A stretch of DNA of 64,000 nt from Candidatus Cloacimonadales bacterium (GTDB taxonomy: Bacteria; Cloacimonadota; Cloacimonadia; Cloacimonadales; JAIOQZ01), in contig OY771587.1 in assembly GCA_963674825.1 (NCBI GenBank), positions 2,848,001 through 2,912,000 of the forward strand, given 5' to 3'. Each line of letters begins with the position of its first letter. The first letter of the stretch is position 1. Below are positions 30,312 through 39,882 of this stretch, in pieces. The notes under the pieces were generated by a model, which searched no databases, was not told the DNA's origin, and worked only from the letters and a program-made list of their open reading frames with translations. Made by a program: the position numbers and the translations under genes.

Positions 30312-32048
30312 TTAGTCGGTGAGTTGGTAGAATTTGACGAAGCCGGGGACGTAGGTGATGCCGGGCCGGATGCGGATGTACCAGTGGTATTTCCAGTCCG
30401 AGCCGTGGTGCTCGACCTTGAGTTCGGCGTCGGTGCGGTAGCCGATGATGATGAACTTGGTCAGGCCGCAGACGATGTAGTTGTCGGGGAGCAGGCGCGC
30501 CTTTACGGGGATGCCGCTGAAGCTGACCTTGCCGCCCTCGAGCAGCAGCTTGTCGCCCTTGTTGGTCTCGCGCTGGCCCAGCTCGGTGCGGATGCGAATC
30601 AGATCCTTGTGGCTCACGTAGATGCGGAAGGATTCCTGCTCTTCCAGCATCTCGTCCGTGAAGCCAAGCAGCACCTGCTCGAAGCGTTCGGTCCACTCGT
30701 CGTAGGTTGTCGGACTGATGGCGGTGATGTCGGTGCCGTCGGTGGCAAGCTTCACGAGACCGTTGAGGGCCTTCAGCTTGGCGGTGGCGGATGCGCGGTC
30801 ACCCTTGAACATCAGCAGGCGCATGGCCTTCTCGGTCTTGCGCGCGATGTGCTGCTCGACGTAGGCTCCGAAGGCGTCCTCGCCGTATTTGTCCTTGTAG
30901 AACTCGACGACGTCGCGTCCGAGGGTGAACTCGGCCATCAGGATGCCGGTCGGGCAGGACAGGTCAGCGGTCGCCACGTCCTGCGCGGAGAGCGTGCCGT
31001 CCAGCGAGTTATGGAAGATCAGGTCTTCGATGAGACCCACGTCGATTTTTTCGTCCTTGAGCAGCGGGATGACGGAGATGTCGGTGAGGGTGTCGCCGGG
31101 CTTGCTGCCGATGACCTCGTCGATGAACAGGCTCGTGTTGTTGGGCGTCAGGATGCTCATCGCTTTGCCGGAATCGACGTCCGCGATGCCCTTGTAGATC
31201 TCGCGGTGCGCGGCCTTCACCAGCACTTTCTCGCCGTTGACGATCACCTCGCGGTCGCCGCCGTCGGCGTCAGGTTCGCCCTGAATGCTCTTGCTGATGG
31301 CGCGGCTCATCGTGCTCGAAAGGCTGTCGAGGCTCTTCTCGATGGACTTCACGGCCTCGCGCAGACCGCCGTCGTCGATGCCGCTCTCCAGCCTCGAAAC
31401 CTTGCTCTCCAGCTCGTCGATGGCGGACTCAAGCTCCGCTTCGCGGTCGGCGTCCTTGAGCGACTTCTGCAGGTCGCGTAGTCCCGCAATCTCGTCGCGG
31501 ATAGCCTTGAGCGTCTCGTTTGTGCTGTTGTAGTCGTCGGCGCGGCCATAGATCGAGACGCCGTTGAAGTCACCCTTTTCGACCTTTTTCCACAGCGCGG
31601 AGTCGAGGTCGTTGCACTTCAAAACCTGCACCCATGCACCGACGCCGGTGTCGGGAAAGTGCACCTTGTCCTCGGTCTTGAGGATGTAGTTCTCGGCCAC
31701 GGAGAAGTCGTCGATCGGGTGGTTGTTGTGGTTGATGTCGTTGCGACCGACCATGCCGTGCTTGCTGAAGTGGTCGCAGGCTTTCTGGATTTCTTCGGCG
31801 GTGTAGAAATCGCCCTGCGCGTCCTTCACGTCCGGCTCCATCAGGGTCACGAACAGCCGCCCCTGACGCCCCTTCGTCTCGCTCTTGAACTTCACGGACG
31901 AGCCGCGAACCTTGTAGCTCTTGCCGGTGGCGGACTTCACCACGAAGCCCTTCTGGTTGGCGGGATTCATGTCGTCGAAGAGCAGTGAAACGAGCTCCAC
32001 CTCGACGTTGCGCAACTCGCCTTTGCGCACGGTTTTACGTTCTGTCAT
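30312..32048 (-). CDS. Fused XkdF-like prohead protease / coiled-coil scaffold / major capsid protein
   Basis: N-terminal EPDVKDAQGD...EEIQKAC...W..VEKGDFNGVSIYG (XkdF-like); central coiled coil; C-terminal capsid-like RETNKGD...GIPV...LP. Confidence 0.75.
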   Translation of the reverse strand: MTERKTVRKGELRNVEVELVSLLFDDMNPANQKGFVVKSATGKSYKVRGSSVKFKSETKGRQGRLFVTLMEPDVKDAQGDFYTAEEIQKACDHFSKHGMVGRNDINHNNHPIDDFSVAENYILKTEDKVHFPDTGVGAWVQVLKCNDLDSALWKKVEKGDFNGVSIYGRADDYNSTNETLKAIRDEIAGLRDLQKSLKDADREAELESAIDELESKVSRLESGIDDGGLREAVKSIEKSLDSLSSTMSRAISKSIQGEPDADGGDREVIVNGEKVLVKAAHREIYKGIADVDSGKAMSILTPNNTSLFIDEVIGSKPGDTLTDISVIPLLKDEKIDVGLIEDLIFHNSLDGTLSAQDVATADLSCPTGILMAEFTLGRDVVEFYKDKYGEDAFGAYVEQHIARKTEKAMRLLMFKGDRASATAKLKALNGLVKLATDGTDITAISPTTYDEWTERFEQVLLGFTDEMLEEQESFRIYVSHKDLIRIRTELGQRETNKGDKLLLEGGKVSFSGIPVKARLLPDNYIVCGLTKFIIIGYRTDAELKVEHHGSDWKYHWYIRIRPGITYVPGFVKFYQLTD

Positions 32049-33239
32049 TCAGCCTCCTAATCTATTGGAATTGAAAAGTTTCTCGTCCTCGCTCTCGAAG
32101 ATCGATGTCAGGTCGCCGAAGTCGAAGTCGGCGGGGGTGAGTTTCCAGCCGAACTCGGCGTTGAACGCGCTGCTCAAGACCTGTCCGAGCCGGTGCTGGA
32201 GCGGCTTGATCACGAAATGGTGGAACATGAGCATGTCGGAGCGGTTGTCGCCACCGAGCTGCCCCGGAATGAGCTGTGAGACGATGCGTGCGGGGACTCT
32301 GTGGTACGCGAAAATGCCCTCGCGCAGGTCTTTCTTCAGCGTGATGAAGCCGCCGTCGCGATCCTGTTGTCGCAAGGGTTCCAGTCGAATACGAGCGTCC
32401 TTGTTCTCGGTCTCGATGAGGACGGTCGTGTGCGACTTGTTGTTGCCCTTGGCGGCCTGTAGCGTCTCCTCGATAACGGTGAAGGCGTCCTTCAAGACCT
32501 CGTTTCCGTCGGCGTCCTCGACCACGTCGTCCCGCAGGCTGCCGCCCTCGACGATCATGAAGTAGTCGACGAGCAGACCGTTCTTGAAGTTGTTGTAGTC
32601 GAACACCTTGACCTCGGAGAGGATCTCGATGTTGACCGCGACCGGCAGGCACGCCACGCCCCACGCATTGGACTTGTGGCTGGTCTGCTTGAAGTGGATG
32701 ACGTCCGCGCCGGGGAAGTAGGTCTTCTTGCCGTTCTTGACCTGAATGAAATCGGGTCGGAAAAAGCCGAACTCGTCGTAGTTCTCGACGATCTGGGTTT
32801 CGGTGGGCAGCAGGCGTTCGAGACCTACCCACTGGCCTTTCGTGTTGCGCATCTTGAGCAGGAAGCCGTTGCCGCACGACAGGTAGTATTTGAGGAACTC
32901 GGCCAACACGGACGACACGTCCTCGCTGCCCGGATACTGCGCTTCGAGCAGCCATTTCTTCAAATTGGGGTTGGCGACTTCCACTTGCATCACGGTGGCG
33001 TTCATCTTGGCGGCGACGCATCCGGCGTGGTACTCGTCCTTCTCCAGCAGTCGCAGCAGGTTACTCATCGAGAACGGCGACGAGACGATCTTCCGCTGCT
33101 CCTGCGCCTTCGTGAGTCTGCGACTGCCAGTCCACTTACAGTTGTTTAAGTCCAGTTCAACACCGCCGTACCGCTTCTGGAGCAGCTCGTCGGTGTCGCT
33201 ATAGCCGACGTTGAAACCGCCGATCTTGCGCACCCTCAT
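32049..33239 (-). CDS. Phage portal protein (PBSX-like)
   Basis: GNGFL, VIHFK...WG, DGGF..L, I.AYHRVP, IKPLQ motifs. Confidence 0.8.
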   Translation of the reverse strand: MRVRKIGGFNVGYSDTDELLQKRYGGVELDLNNCKWTGSRRLTKAQEQRKIVSSPFSMSNLLRLLEKDEYHAGCVAAKMNATVMQVEVANPNLKKWLLEAQYPGSEDVSSVLAEFLKYYLSCGNGFLLKMRNTKGQWVGLERLLPTETQIVENYDEFGFFRPDFIQVKNGKKTYFPGADVIHFKQTSHKSNAWGVACLPVAVNIEILSEVKVFDYNNFKNGLLVDYFMIVEGGSLRDDVVEDADGNEVLKDAFTVIEETLQAAKGNNKSHTTVLIETENKDARIRLEPLRQQDRDGGFITLKKDLREGIFAYHRVPARIVSQLIPGQLGGDNRSDMLMFHHFVIKPLQHRLGQVLSSAFNAEFGWKLTPADFDFGDLTSIFESEDEKLFNSNRLGG

Positions 33240-33613
33240 GGCGTCACCGTAAGTACTTTCGCGATGCGGACTCTGCGGCCCGAATCGGCTCTGGCGGCGT
33301 AGTACTCGATCTGTGGGATGTCCAGTCCGAGGTGCCTGCGATACTGCTCGCGGAACCGCTCCGAGAGCGCGAGCGCCGCACTGTCCGGATCGTCGGAGTC
33401 GTTCACATCGACGATGAGAAACACGCCGATGTCGTGCTCGATGGAGGTGTATCGCTTGCTGGTGCCGTTGACGCCCTTCTCGCCCTGCAAGACCACCATT
33501 GCGGCAGGGAATGCGGACGGTACGTCGTCCTTGTGGAAGCGAATGTTCGCCGCATCGATTCCGCAGACTTCAAGAGCTTTGCAGATCAGCTCGCGGGTCT
33601 CGGCGTAGCTCAT
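33236..33613 (-). CDS. Putative tail terminator/neck protein
   Basis: ~125 aa with FPAA.V motif in the neck cluster; role inferred from position. Confidence 0.45.
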   Translation of the reverse strand: MSYAETRELICKALEVCGIDAANIRFHKDDVPSAFPAAMVVLQGEKGVNGTSKRYTSIEHDIGVFLIVDVNDSDDPDSAALALSERFREQYRRHLGLDIPQIEYYAARADSGRRVRIAKVLTVTP

Positions 33614-34077
33614 AACGCGACCTCGATGCTGTCGAGCTGCTGGAAGATCCACGACTCGCGGTTCTTGATCACTTCGGCGAACACGTTGCGCGCCGGAATA
33701 CCTTCACGCTTGATCTTCCCCCGAATCATGTACGCCATCTGCTCGATGCTGAGCTGCTTGCCGCTCTTCTTGTCCACCCACGCAAGGTTCTTGCGTTCCA
33801 CCCACGCCTTCAGCGGCTCGAGCGGTGTCCAGGAGGGAACCTTGCCGCCGAGCACGAACGGCTCGTGCGGCACGTTGGAGCCGACGATCAGGTCGATGGA
33901 CGCGCTCCCGACTTCCACCTCGTAGCCGGTGTTGGCGAGGAAGTCGCCCTCCGCCTTGATGTCCCGCTCCAGAATCAGCCTGCGCGCTTCGCCATCGATC
34001 ACGCTTCCAATGAGGTGCAGACGGCTCTCGATGGCCGCGAAGATGGCCCGGTAGATGGAGTTGTCGGAGGGGGTCAT
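33610..34077 (-). CDS. HK97 gp10-like neck/tail-completion protein
   Basis: VGSNVPHEPFV.G...PLEPLKAWV...AYMIRGKIKREGIPAR. Confidence 0.6.
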   Translation of the reverse strand: MTPSDNSIYRAIFAAIESRLHLIGSVIDGEARRLILERDIKAEGDFLANTGYEVEVGSASIDLIVGSNVPHEPFVLGGKVPSWTPLEPLKAWVERKNLAWVDKKSGKQLSIEQMAYMIRGKIKREGIPARNVFAEVIKNRESWIFQQLDSIEVAL

Positions 34078-34538
34078 ATCACGCTTGCCTTGGTGCGGGT
34101 GACTCGATGTCGGGAGGTACCGAGAGCCAGCTCGCGGAGCCGCGAGGAGCCGTCTGCGTTGAGAAATTCTTCTATGGTTTCCAATGCCTTGAGTGTCAGG
34201 TGTTTGCGGAACGACTGCACCTCGGAGCCGGTCAGCAGTTCGGTCTGCTGCGTGTCGATCCCGGTCGTTTTGATGATGCCCTCGCCGAGGGTTTTCAGGT
34301 TGAGAAGCTCGACCGTCTCGGCTAACAACAGGTAGCAGTAGGCGAAGGTGTAGCTGTCGGCGGTGTCGTCGTCGACCTCGCCTGCGAGCAGGTCGGCCCA
34401 CACAGCATCGTCCGAGACGCGCTTCAGCAGCAGCATCACGGCGGGAGCATGCTCTTCGAACGTCGCGGTGATGCGCCGATCGTTGGTCAGGTTCAGGATG
34501 GCGACAGCCTTGTCGGTAGAAACGGGCAGCGCGGCCAT
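34074..34538 (-). CDS. Putative head-tail adaptor
   Basis: ~154 aa, TGATG-coupled to the M15 gene; role inferred from position. Confidence 0.45.
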   Translation of the reverse strand: MAALPVSTDKAVAILNLTNDRRITATFEEHAPAVMLLLKRVSDDAVWADLLAGEVDDDTADSYTFAYCYLLLAETVELLNLKTLGEGIIKTTGIDTQQTELLTGSEVQSFRKHLTLKALETIEEFLNADGSSRLRELALGTSRHRVTRTKASVI

Positions 34539-34924
34539 CACCGATCCCCGTACAGCCAGACGTTGTTCGGCTTCGTTGTATCGACGTCGCAATGGATGAA
34601 GTTCTTGTCGATGCCGATACGCCGGAATCCCGCCACAATCAATCCGCGCAGTATCTTGAGTCGCGTCACGCTGTCCGGACACGCGATGTCGGCGGCCAGT
34701 CCGGCCATGTGCGCGGACTGCTTCACACCGCCTACTTCGGCGTTGTGCGCGAGGCAGCGGTAACCGCTCGTGATGACGAACGGTACGGCTGCGAGTTCGC
34801 GCGCCAAGTCCAGCTTCAGTACGAAGGTGGCGTCGAGTTCCACCTCCCCGCAGCACGGGCAGACGAACTCGCTCTTGCGGAAGAACCTGATGCGGTCCCA
34901 GTCGATCAAATCAATCTGTTTCAT
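34538..34924 (-). CDS. Peptidase M15A (D-Ala-D-Ala carboxypeptidase-like) endolysin
   Basis: EFVCPCCG, ITSGYRC.AHN..VGG...SAH..GLAADI, FIHCD. Confidence 0.9.
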   Translation of the reverse strand: MKQIDLIDWDRIRFFRKSEFVCPCCGEVELDATFVLKLDLARELAAVPFVITSGYRCLAHNAEVGGVKQSAHMAGLAADIACPDSVTRLKILRGLIVAGFRRIGIDKNFIHCDVDTTKPNNVWLYGDR

Positions 34925-34930
34925 GAGGCG

Positions 34931-34959
34931 AGAGTACGAAAAGGACACGAGGATGGCAA
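34931..34959 (-). promoter_or_regulatory. Putative late promoter giving a (near-)leaderless lysin mRNA
   Basis: TTGCCA-N17-TACTCT-N6-ATG; no SD sequence; homologous to the 49009-49037 site. Confidence 0.55.
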
Positions 34960-35123
34960 AGCGGGTTGCACAGGGATGCCACGGAAACGATATTCCAAGT
35001 TGCACACACGAAATGATCAAACTGATCGAATAATTGCGAATTTCGATCCATTCATAGATTGATGCATAAAGTGCCAAGGAGAACCGTGTGGCAGTCAAGA
35101 GACCTATTGAAATCAATATTATC

Positions 35124-35152
35124 TTGACATAATTATTTCCTATTCTTAAAAT
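35124..35152 (+). promoter_or_regulatory. Sigma70-type promoter of the cargo operon
   Basis: TTGACA-N17-TAAAAT. Confidence 0.65.
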
Positions 35153-35356
35153 TTGCACATTCATGATGGATAGGGAACATTCGACATAATCTGAAGACGA
35201 AGCTAGTTTAACACACTTTTCTGTAGGGAGGGTTCATTGTCGATCAAGATGGAGAAATGTCACAACTGTGTAGTGACCGGAATGTGGATAATCAAGTAAT
35301 GAAATCGACCTGAAAACCAATTGACATGAAACTGAAAATGCTCTATTGGAGGAATT

Positions 35357-38300
35357 ATGAATAAGTATCTCTTGATAATTGCCGCGATAATGATTGCAAG
35401 CTACCTTGCAGCAGATATCTACCAGAGCCCAAATGGGTATACATTTGAACATATATATGATTATTATGAGGATTTTGAGATTGCCAACGATGATGGGGAA
35501 CTTGCTGTAGACTTGAGTGTTACGTCAGCAATCAACGGTCCATATTATGATACCTGGCTTGATTACGACCATTATGTAACATCGGAAACTCCATGGTTTG
35601 AAGTATATGTTCCAGAACATTTTGCTTACGGTATCTATATGTTTAAGCTGTATTTGGATGGCAATCATATTTGCACAATGGATGCTTCTGCATCTCATGG
35701 TAGCTATGTGATGGTGGACGAGTTTCCCTCGCTGACCTTGGGAAGCCATTCTGTGCAATGCAAAATCTACAATGCTGGTGGGCAGAATTGTCTTTCCGTT
35801 ACTCCGATACTAAGCTTCAGTTGCTGTCCATTAAATTCGGTATACAAAAACAGCTTTGGAGATGAGCTGTACACATTGAATACTGGACAGAGCTCGATAA
35901 AAAAACCCCTACTAATAATCGAGGGATTTGATCCTACAAACTCACATTGTTTACCTTTTTACATGGAGCTTCTCGGGGCGTCGATGAATGAACTATCCGA
36001 CTATGATGTTTACTTCCTGAATTTACGATGTGGCGGTCGGGACCTGCGCGATAATGCCATGTCCGCTTTGGGCGCAATTCGTTATATAGGGAATAGTTAC
36101 GAACAAAACGGGCAACTCCATGAGGGAACGAAAGTTGTTGGACTATCAATGGGCGGAGTGCTTGCCCGATATGCTCTTGCTTTTGCTGAGGATAATAACA
36201 TAGAGCATTATTGTACTCAATTTATATCCTGTGACAGTCCCCAGCGTGGAGCTGTAATAAATACTCAGCTCCAACCGATATTCCAAAATCTCCATGACGA
36301 CTTATGCAATAGCTGGACGAGTTTGTTTATGGACTACTCTCAAGAGATTTATGACACAGCGATTGGTTATGAGAAGTTACGATCAATTGCAGCAACGCAA
36401 ATGCTACGTCAGAACGTTTATTCATCTCAGATAAATACATACGCAACGGGCTCGTCAGAATATCTGAACTTCTACTCCGAAATCAATCCGGAAGCTCGCG
36501 CATTATATAATCCATCATATCCAATCCTTAATCAAAGCCAATCCAACCCAGATTCTAAACCTGGTTATCCCTATAAACAGCACAACATCAAATCCCTTGC
36601 AATATCTAATGGTATGCTTATAATCAGTGGAAATACAGAATCCGGGTCACATTTACTCGACTGGGAATTCGAGGGTCACAATTATGATGCAGATGATCAG
36701 CCTTGGGATACTCAGTCAGGATCAACTCTTGGTCTGAAAGAAGCATTAGCCGGGATTCCCGAAGTGGACTTCTGGTGCTTCCATTTCGATGCTCCAGAAT
36801 ATGATCCATGCTTTATTCCACTTCGCTCATCACTTTATCTTAAAACTCAAGGTACTGAAGATACAAACCTTAATGACTCACAATTTGCGATTGATGTTTT
36901 CGACATAATAAATATTCCAAATGGAGTTGATACTCAAGAGTATCTGTCAGCGTTCAGCTACTTTGATGATGTAATCATCCAACCGAACGATCGTTATCAA
37001 CACGAGTATCTTTCTGATGAAAGCATCAATCAGCTTGTTGATTGGGTAGGTGACCCAAGTCTCAATGCAACAGGATATATTTCAGGAAACATTGACAATG
37101 GCAATGCGATCGTGAGAGAGTACATTGGTGATCAGCGTATATTCTCTTCACATGTGAATCCTGATGGAAGCTTCATAGTTCCATATCCTCTAATCTGTTC
37201 ATCCGACGTTAGATTGACGTTCGAGGATGATGGCTACTACAATGTCGATAGAACCATCAATATTGTGTACAGTGAGGGAAGTATCTCTCATGAAGAATTG
37301 TCAGTGCAAATGAATCAGGTAAACAATCAGAATATAATTGTTTCACCAGGAAATCCTGATATTGGCTTTGAAACGTTGAATGAAGCAATAGACTATATAA
37401 GCTCGTCAAATGAAACGGATTTTGTCGTGTATCTCGATGATGCTATCCATGCTCCAGCTATCATCAATTTGCTGAATGGGAAAAACATCAGCATCAGAGG
37501 TATCTCTCAAGCTGGTTCGATCATTGAAGGCTCACCGTGCTTGATTATGAACATGAATACAAACTGCTCAATATCGGTAGAGAATTTCACGGTTAGGAAC
37601 TCTGAGTATGGGGCAATTTTGATTGATAATGAAGTCACTGATTTCGATAAATCTCAGGACTGCAGCTATACATTGGAACATTTGATTATTGATTCAAATG
37701 TCAGCGGACATTCTCATGTTGTCGATCATCGGGCAGGGGGTATAACGATAAACAGTAACTCCTCGTGTACGATAAATATTCGAAGCTGCGAAGTGTCCAA
37801 TAATGTTAGCGAGTTAACGTTTGGGTATGATTTCGGATATGGCGGAGGCATACTCATCTCTGGAGGGGCTGAGATCAGTGTTGTTGATTGTACATTTACA
37901 TCTAATTCAGCAGAGGGAGATGCTGGAGCCATGTATGTGCAGGGTACAGATAACGTAGTAATCGACGGAAACTATTTTGAAGCGAATCAATTATCCATGG
38001 GATATAGTTATCCTGAAGATTGCTCAGGTCTTGCACTCGCCTCTTGTAACAATGCTCTTGTAACAAACAACGTTTTCTATGCTAATCTTCCTGGAATGGA
38101 TGGAGCAGTTGAGCTTGGGAAATATGCTCTCCAAGTTTCAGGTTGCAGTTTAGTCGAACTTGCCAATAACACGTTTGTTGACAACAGTGATCTTACTGCA
38201 ATCCAACTAAGTGGTGTGACATCATCAAAGATTGTAAACTCAATTTTCAAGGGCAATGAGAAAGGTGTTTCTCAGTCCTATAGTGAGAATCCAGATATCT

Positions 38301-39784
38301 CCTACTGCTTTTTTTATAGTAACGACACAAACCTCTATCCAGCTAACTTGCCATGCTCAGATTGCACAATGGGAGTTGATCCTCAACTCGATGAAAACTT
38401 CACTCCCATCTGGACAGCCACCAGCCGCTCCCCCGTCATAGACGCAGGCGACCCATACACGAACGGCACCTACTGGTTTGACGAAGGAGGACAGAAGGAC
38501 GCGGACGGCACACGCCCGGATATAGGCGCGGTTCCTGCTGAAACGCACGAAGGAGAGATCAAAACCCTCGAATATATCCAAGACGACGATGAATATGAAT
38601 GGGTATGCTTCCCAATCATTGACACAAGAACCGCTGGAAACGATATCGCGGCAAATTACTTCGGTGATATGCTTGATATAGACTACATCAACAATATTGC
38701 ATGGTCAGATAATGAGCAAATCTACCTTCATGAGAGTGAATGGCAAAACACGGATCATCAACTCACCTATACTCAGGGTTACATTGCTAAGATGAATGCA
38801 AGCTACATTCTTGAAGCAAGTGGTTTTCTAGCGCCATCGAATACTACGATATCCTTGGAAACGAATGATAATGAACCGAAATGGAACTGGATCGGGTATT
38901 TCATCCCGGAAGACATGGGCGTGCTCGATGCTTTCGATTCCGTGCTGGACAACATCTCTCGTATCAACACCGAAAGGTGGGCGATTGTGAAGGACAAGTA
39001 TGGCAACTGGGTTCCATTCGGCACCTCAACAACACCAACGGTCAAACGAGTCCTCAGATATGGTGAAGCCGTGAAGGTCTATTGTGAAACTGCTTGCGAA
39101 TTCTGTTGGGGAGATGATAACATCGTTCCTTCCGATGATGGCTTCAAGAGTACCGAGTACTACACATTTTCAACAGATGAAGATTATGCGACAGTAATTG
39201 TCGAGGTTGAGGCAGCAGAGCGTTCAATGCCCCAGGAGATAGCCGTGTTTCTTAACGGTGAATGTCGGGGAGCTTCTGTTGTGCAGGATACGCTGGTTCA
39301 AATCAACGCTTATGTCGTGAACGACACGACCGGTAACGATATAGAAATTGAGCTGTATTACGGAGATCGTTCACCTGCGAAAACTTACAAGGATTATGCT
39401 GTGCTTGATTTCAACACAAGAAAGTTAACGGGCAGCCGCCTAAATATCAAGGATAATGGTGTGTACTATATCGATCTGGGTATGGATGCGGAAGAGATCA
39501 TTCCTGTTGAAACAGTGATGGAACAGAATTATCCGAATCCGTTCAATCCCACGACGACCATCAAGTACTCGTTGAATCAGGATGGACCGATCGAAATCGC
39601 GATTTATAACCTGAAGGGACAAAAAGTCCGACAACTGATCAACGCAAGCATGACCGCCGGCTTCCATGAAGTCGTGTGGGATGGTAAAGATTCTTACGGA
39701 AAACAAGCTTCCAGCGGAATCTACTTCTATCGTATGAAAACACAACAGAAAACGTTCGTGAAGAAAATGATGATGATCAAATAA
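35357..39784 (+). CDS. Secreted alpha/beta-hydrolase + parallel beta-helix + CTD protein (1475 aa)
   Basis: Signal peptide; KPLLIIEGFD, GLSMGG (GxSxG), DSPQRGA; beta-helix repeats; SPVIDAG...[17 protein letters not shown]...KMMMIK. Confidence 0.8.
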   Translation: MNKYLLIIAAIMIASYLAADIYQSPNGYTFEHIYDYYEDFEIANDDGELAVDLSVTSAINGPYYDTWLDYDHYVTSETPWFEVYVPEHFAYGIYMFKLYLDGNHICTMDASASHGSYVMVDEFPSLTLGSHSVQCKIYNAGGQNCLSVTPILSFSCCPLNSVYKNSFGDELYTLNTGQSSIKKPLLIIEGFDPTNSHCLPFYMELLGASMNELSDYDVYFLNLRCGGRDLRDNAMSALGAIRYIGNSYEQNGQLHEGTKVVGLSMGGVLARYALAFAEDNNIEHYCTQFISCDSPQRGAVINTQLQPIFQNLHDDLCNSWTSLFMDYSQEIYDTAIGYEKLRSIAATQMLRQNVYSSQINTYATGSSEYLNFYSEINPEARALYNPSYPILNQSQSNPDSKPGYPYKQHNIKSLAISNGMLIISGNTESGSHLLDWEFEGHNYDADDQPWDTQSGSTLGLKEALAGIPEVDFWCFHFDAPEYDPCFIPLRSSLYLKTQGTEDTNLNDSQFAIDVFDIINIPNGVDTQEYLSAFSYFDDVIIQPNDRYQHEYLSDESINQLVDWVGDPSLNATGYISGNIDNGNAIVREYIGDQRIFSSHVNPDGSFIVPYPLICSSDVRLTFEDDGYYNVDRTINIVYSEGSISHEELSVQMNQVNNQNIIVSPGNPDIGFETLNEAIDYISSSNETDFVVYLDDAIHAPAIINLLNGKNISIRGISQAGSIIEGSPCLIMNMNTNCSISVENFTVRNSEYGAILIDNEVTDFDKSQDCSYTLEHLIIDSNVSGHSHVVDHRAGGITINSNSSCTINIRSCEVSNNVSELTFGYDFGYGGGILISGGAEISVVDCTFTSNSAEGDAGAMYVQGTDNVVIDGNYFEANQLSMGYSYPEDCSGLALASCNNALVTNNVFYANLPGMDGAVELGKYALQVSGCSLVELANNTFVDNSDLTAIQLSGVTSSKIVNSIFKGNEKGVSQSYSENPDISYCFFYSNDTNLYPANLPCSDCTMGVDPQLDENFTPIWTATSRSPVIDAGDPYTNGTYWFDEGGQKDADGTRPDIGAVPAETHEGEIKTLEYIQDDDEYEWVCFPIIDTRTAGNDIAANYFGDMLDIDYINNIAWSDNEQIYLHESEWQNTDHQLTYTQGYIAKMNASYILEASGFLAPSNTTISLETNDNEPKWNWIGYFIPEDMGVLDAFDSVLDNISRINTERWAIVKDKYGNWVPFGTSTTPTVKRVLRYGEAVKVYCETACEFCWGDDNIVPSDDGFKSTEYYTFSTDEDYATVIVEVEAAERSMPQEIAVFLNGECRGASVVQDTLVQINAYVVNDTTGNDIEIELYYGDRSPAKTYKDYAVLDFNTRKLTGSRLNIKDNGVYYIDLGMDAEEIIPVETVMEQNYPNPFNPTTTIKYSLNQDGPIEIAIYNLKGQKVRQLINASMTAGFHEVVWDGKDSYGKQASSGIYFYRMKTQQKTFVKKMMMIK

Positions 39785-39867
39785 CTCTCCCTAAATCCCT
39801 CTCTTCGCTTGAAGAGAGGGACTTCCTTAAGCCCCCTCTTTGTGCAAAGAGGGGGTTTGGGGGAGTT
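39783..39867. repeat. Two-hairpin REP/BIME-like palindromic element
   Basis: CCCTCTCTTC-GCTT-GAAGAGAGGG and CCCCCTCTTTG-TG-CAAAGAGGGGG hairpins inside an outer AACTC.CC.AAA / TTTGGGGGAGTT repeat. Confidence 0.7.
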
Positions 39868-39882
39868 GGAGTTGGAGCCAAT

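Noticed and set aside
29952..31481. 509-aa plus-strand ORF, and similar long antisense ORFs such as 15766-17034, 23650-24756 and 47212-48348
   Set aside because: They are shadow frames of well-supported genes on the opposite strand in codon-biased DNA, with no recognisable motifs
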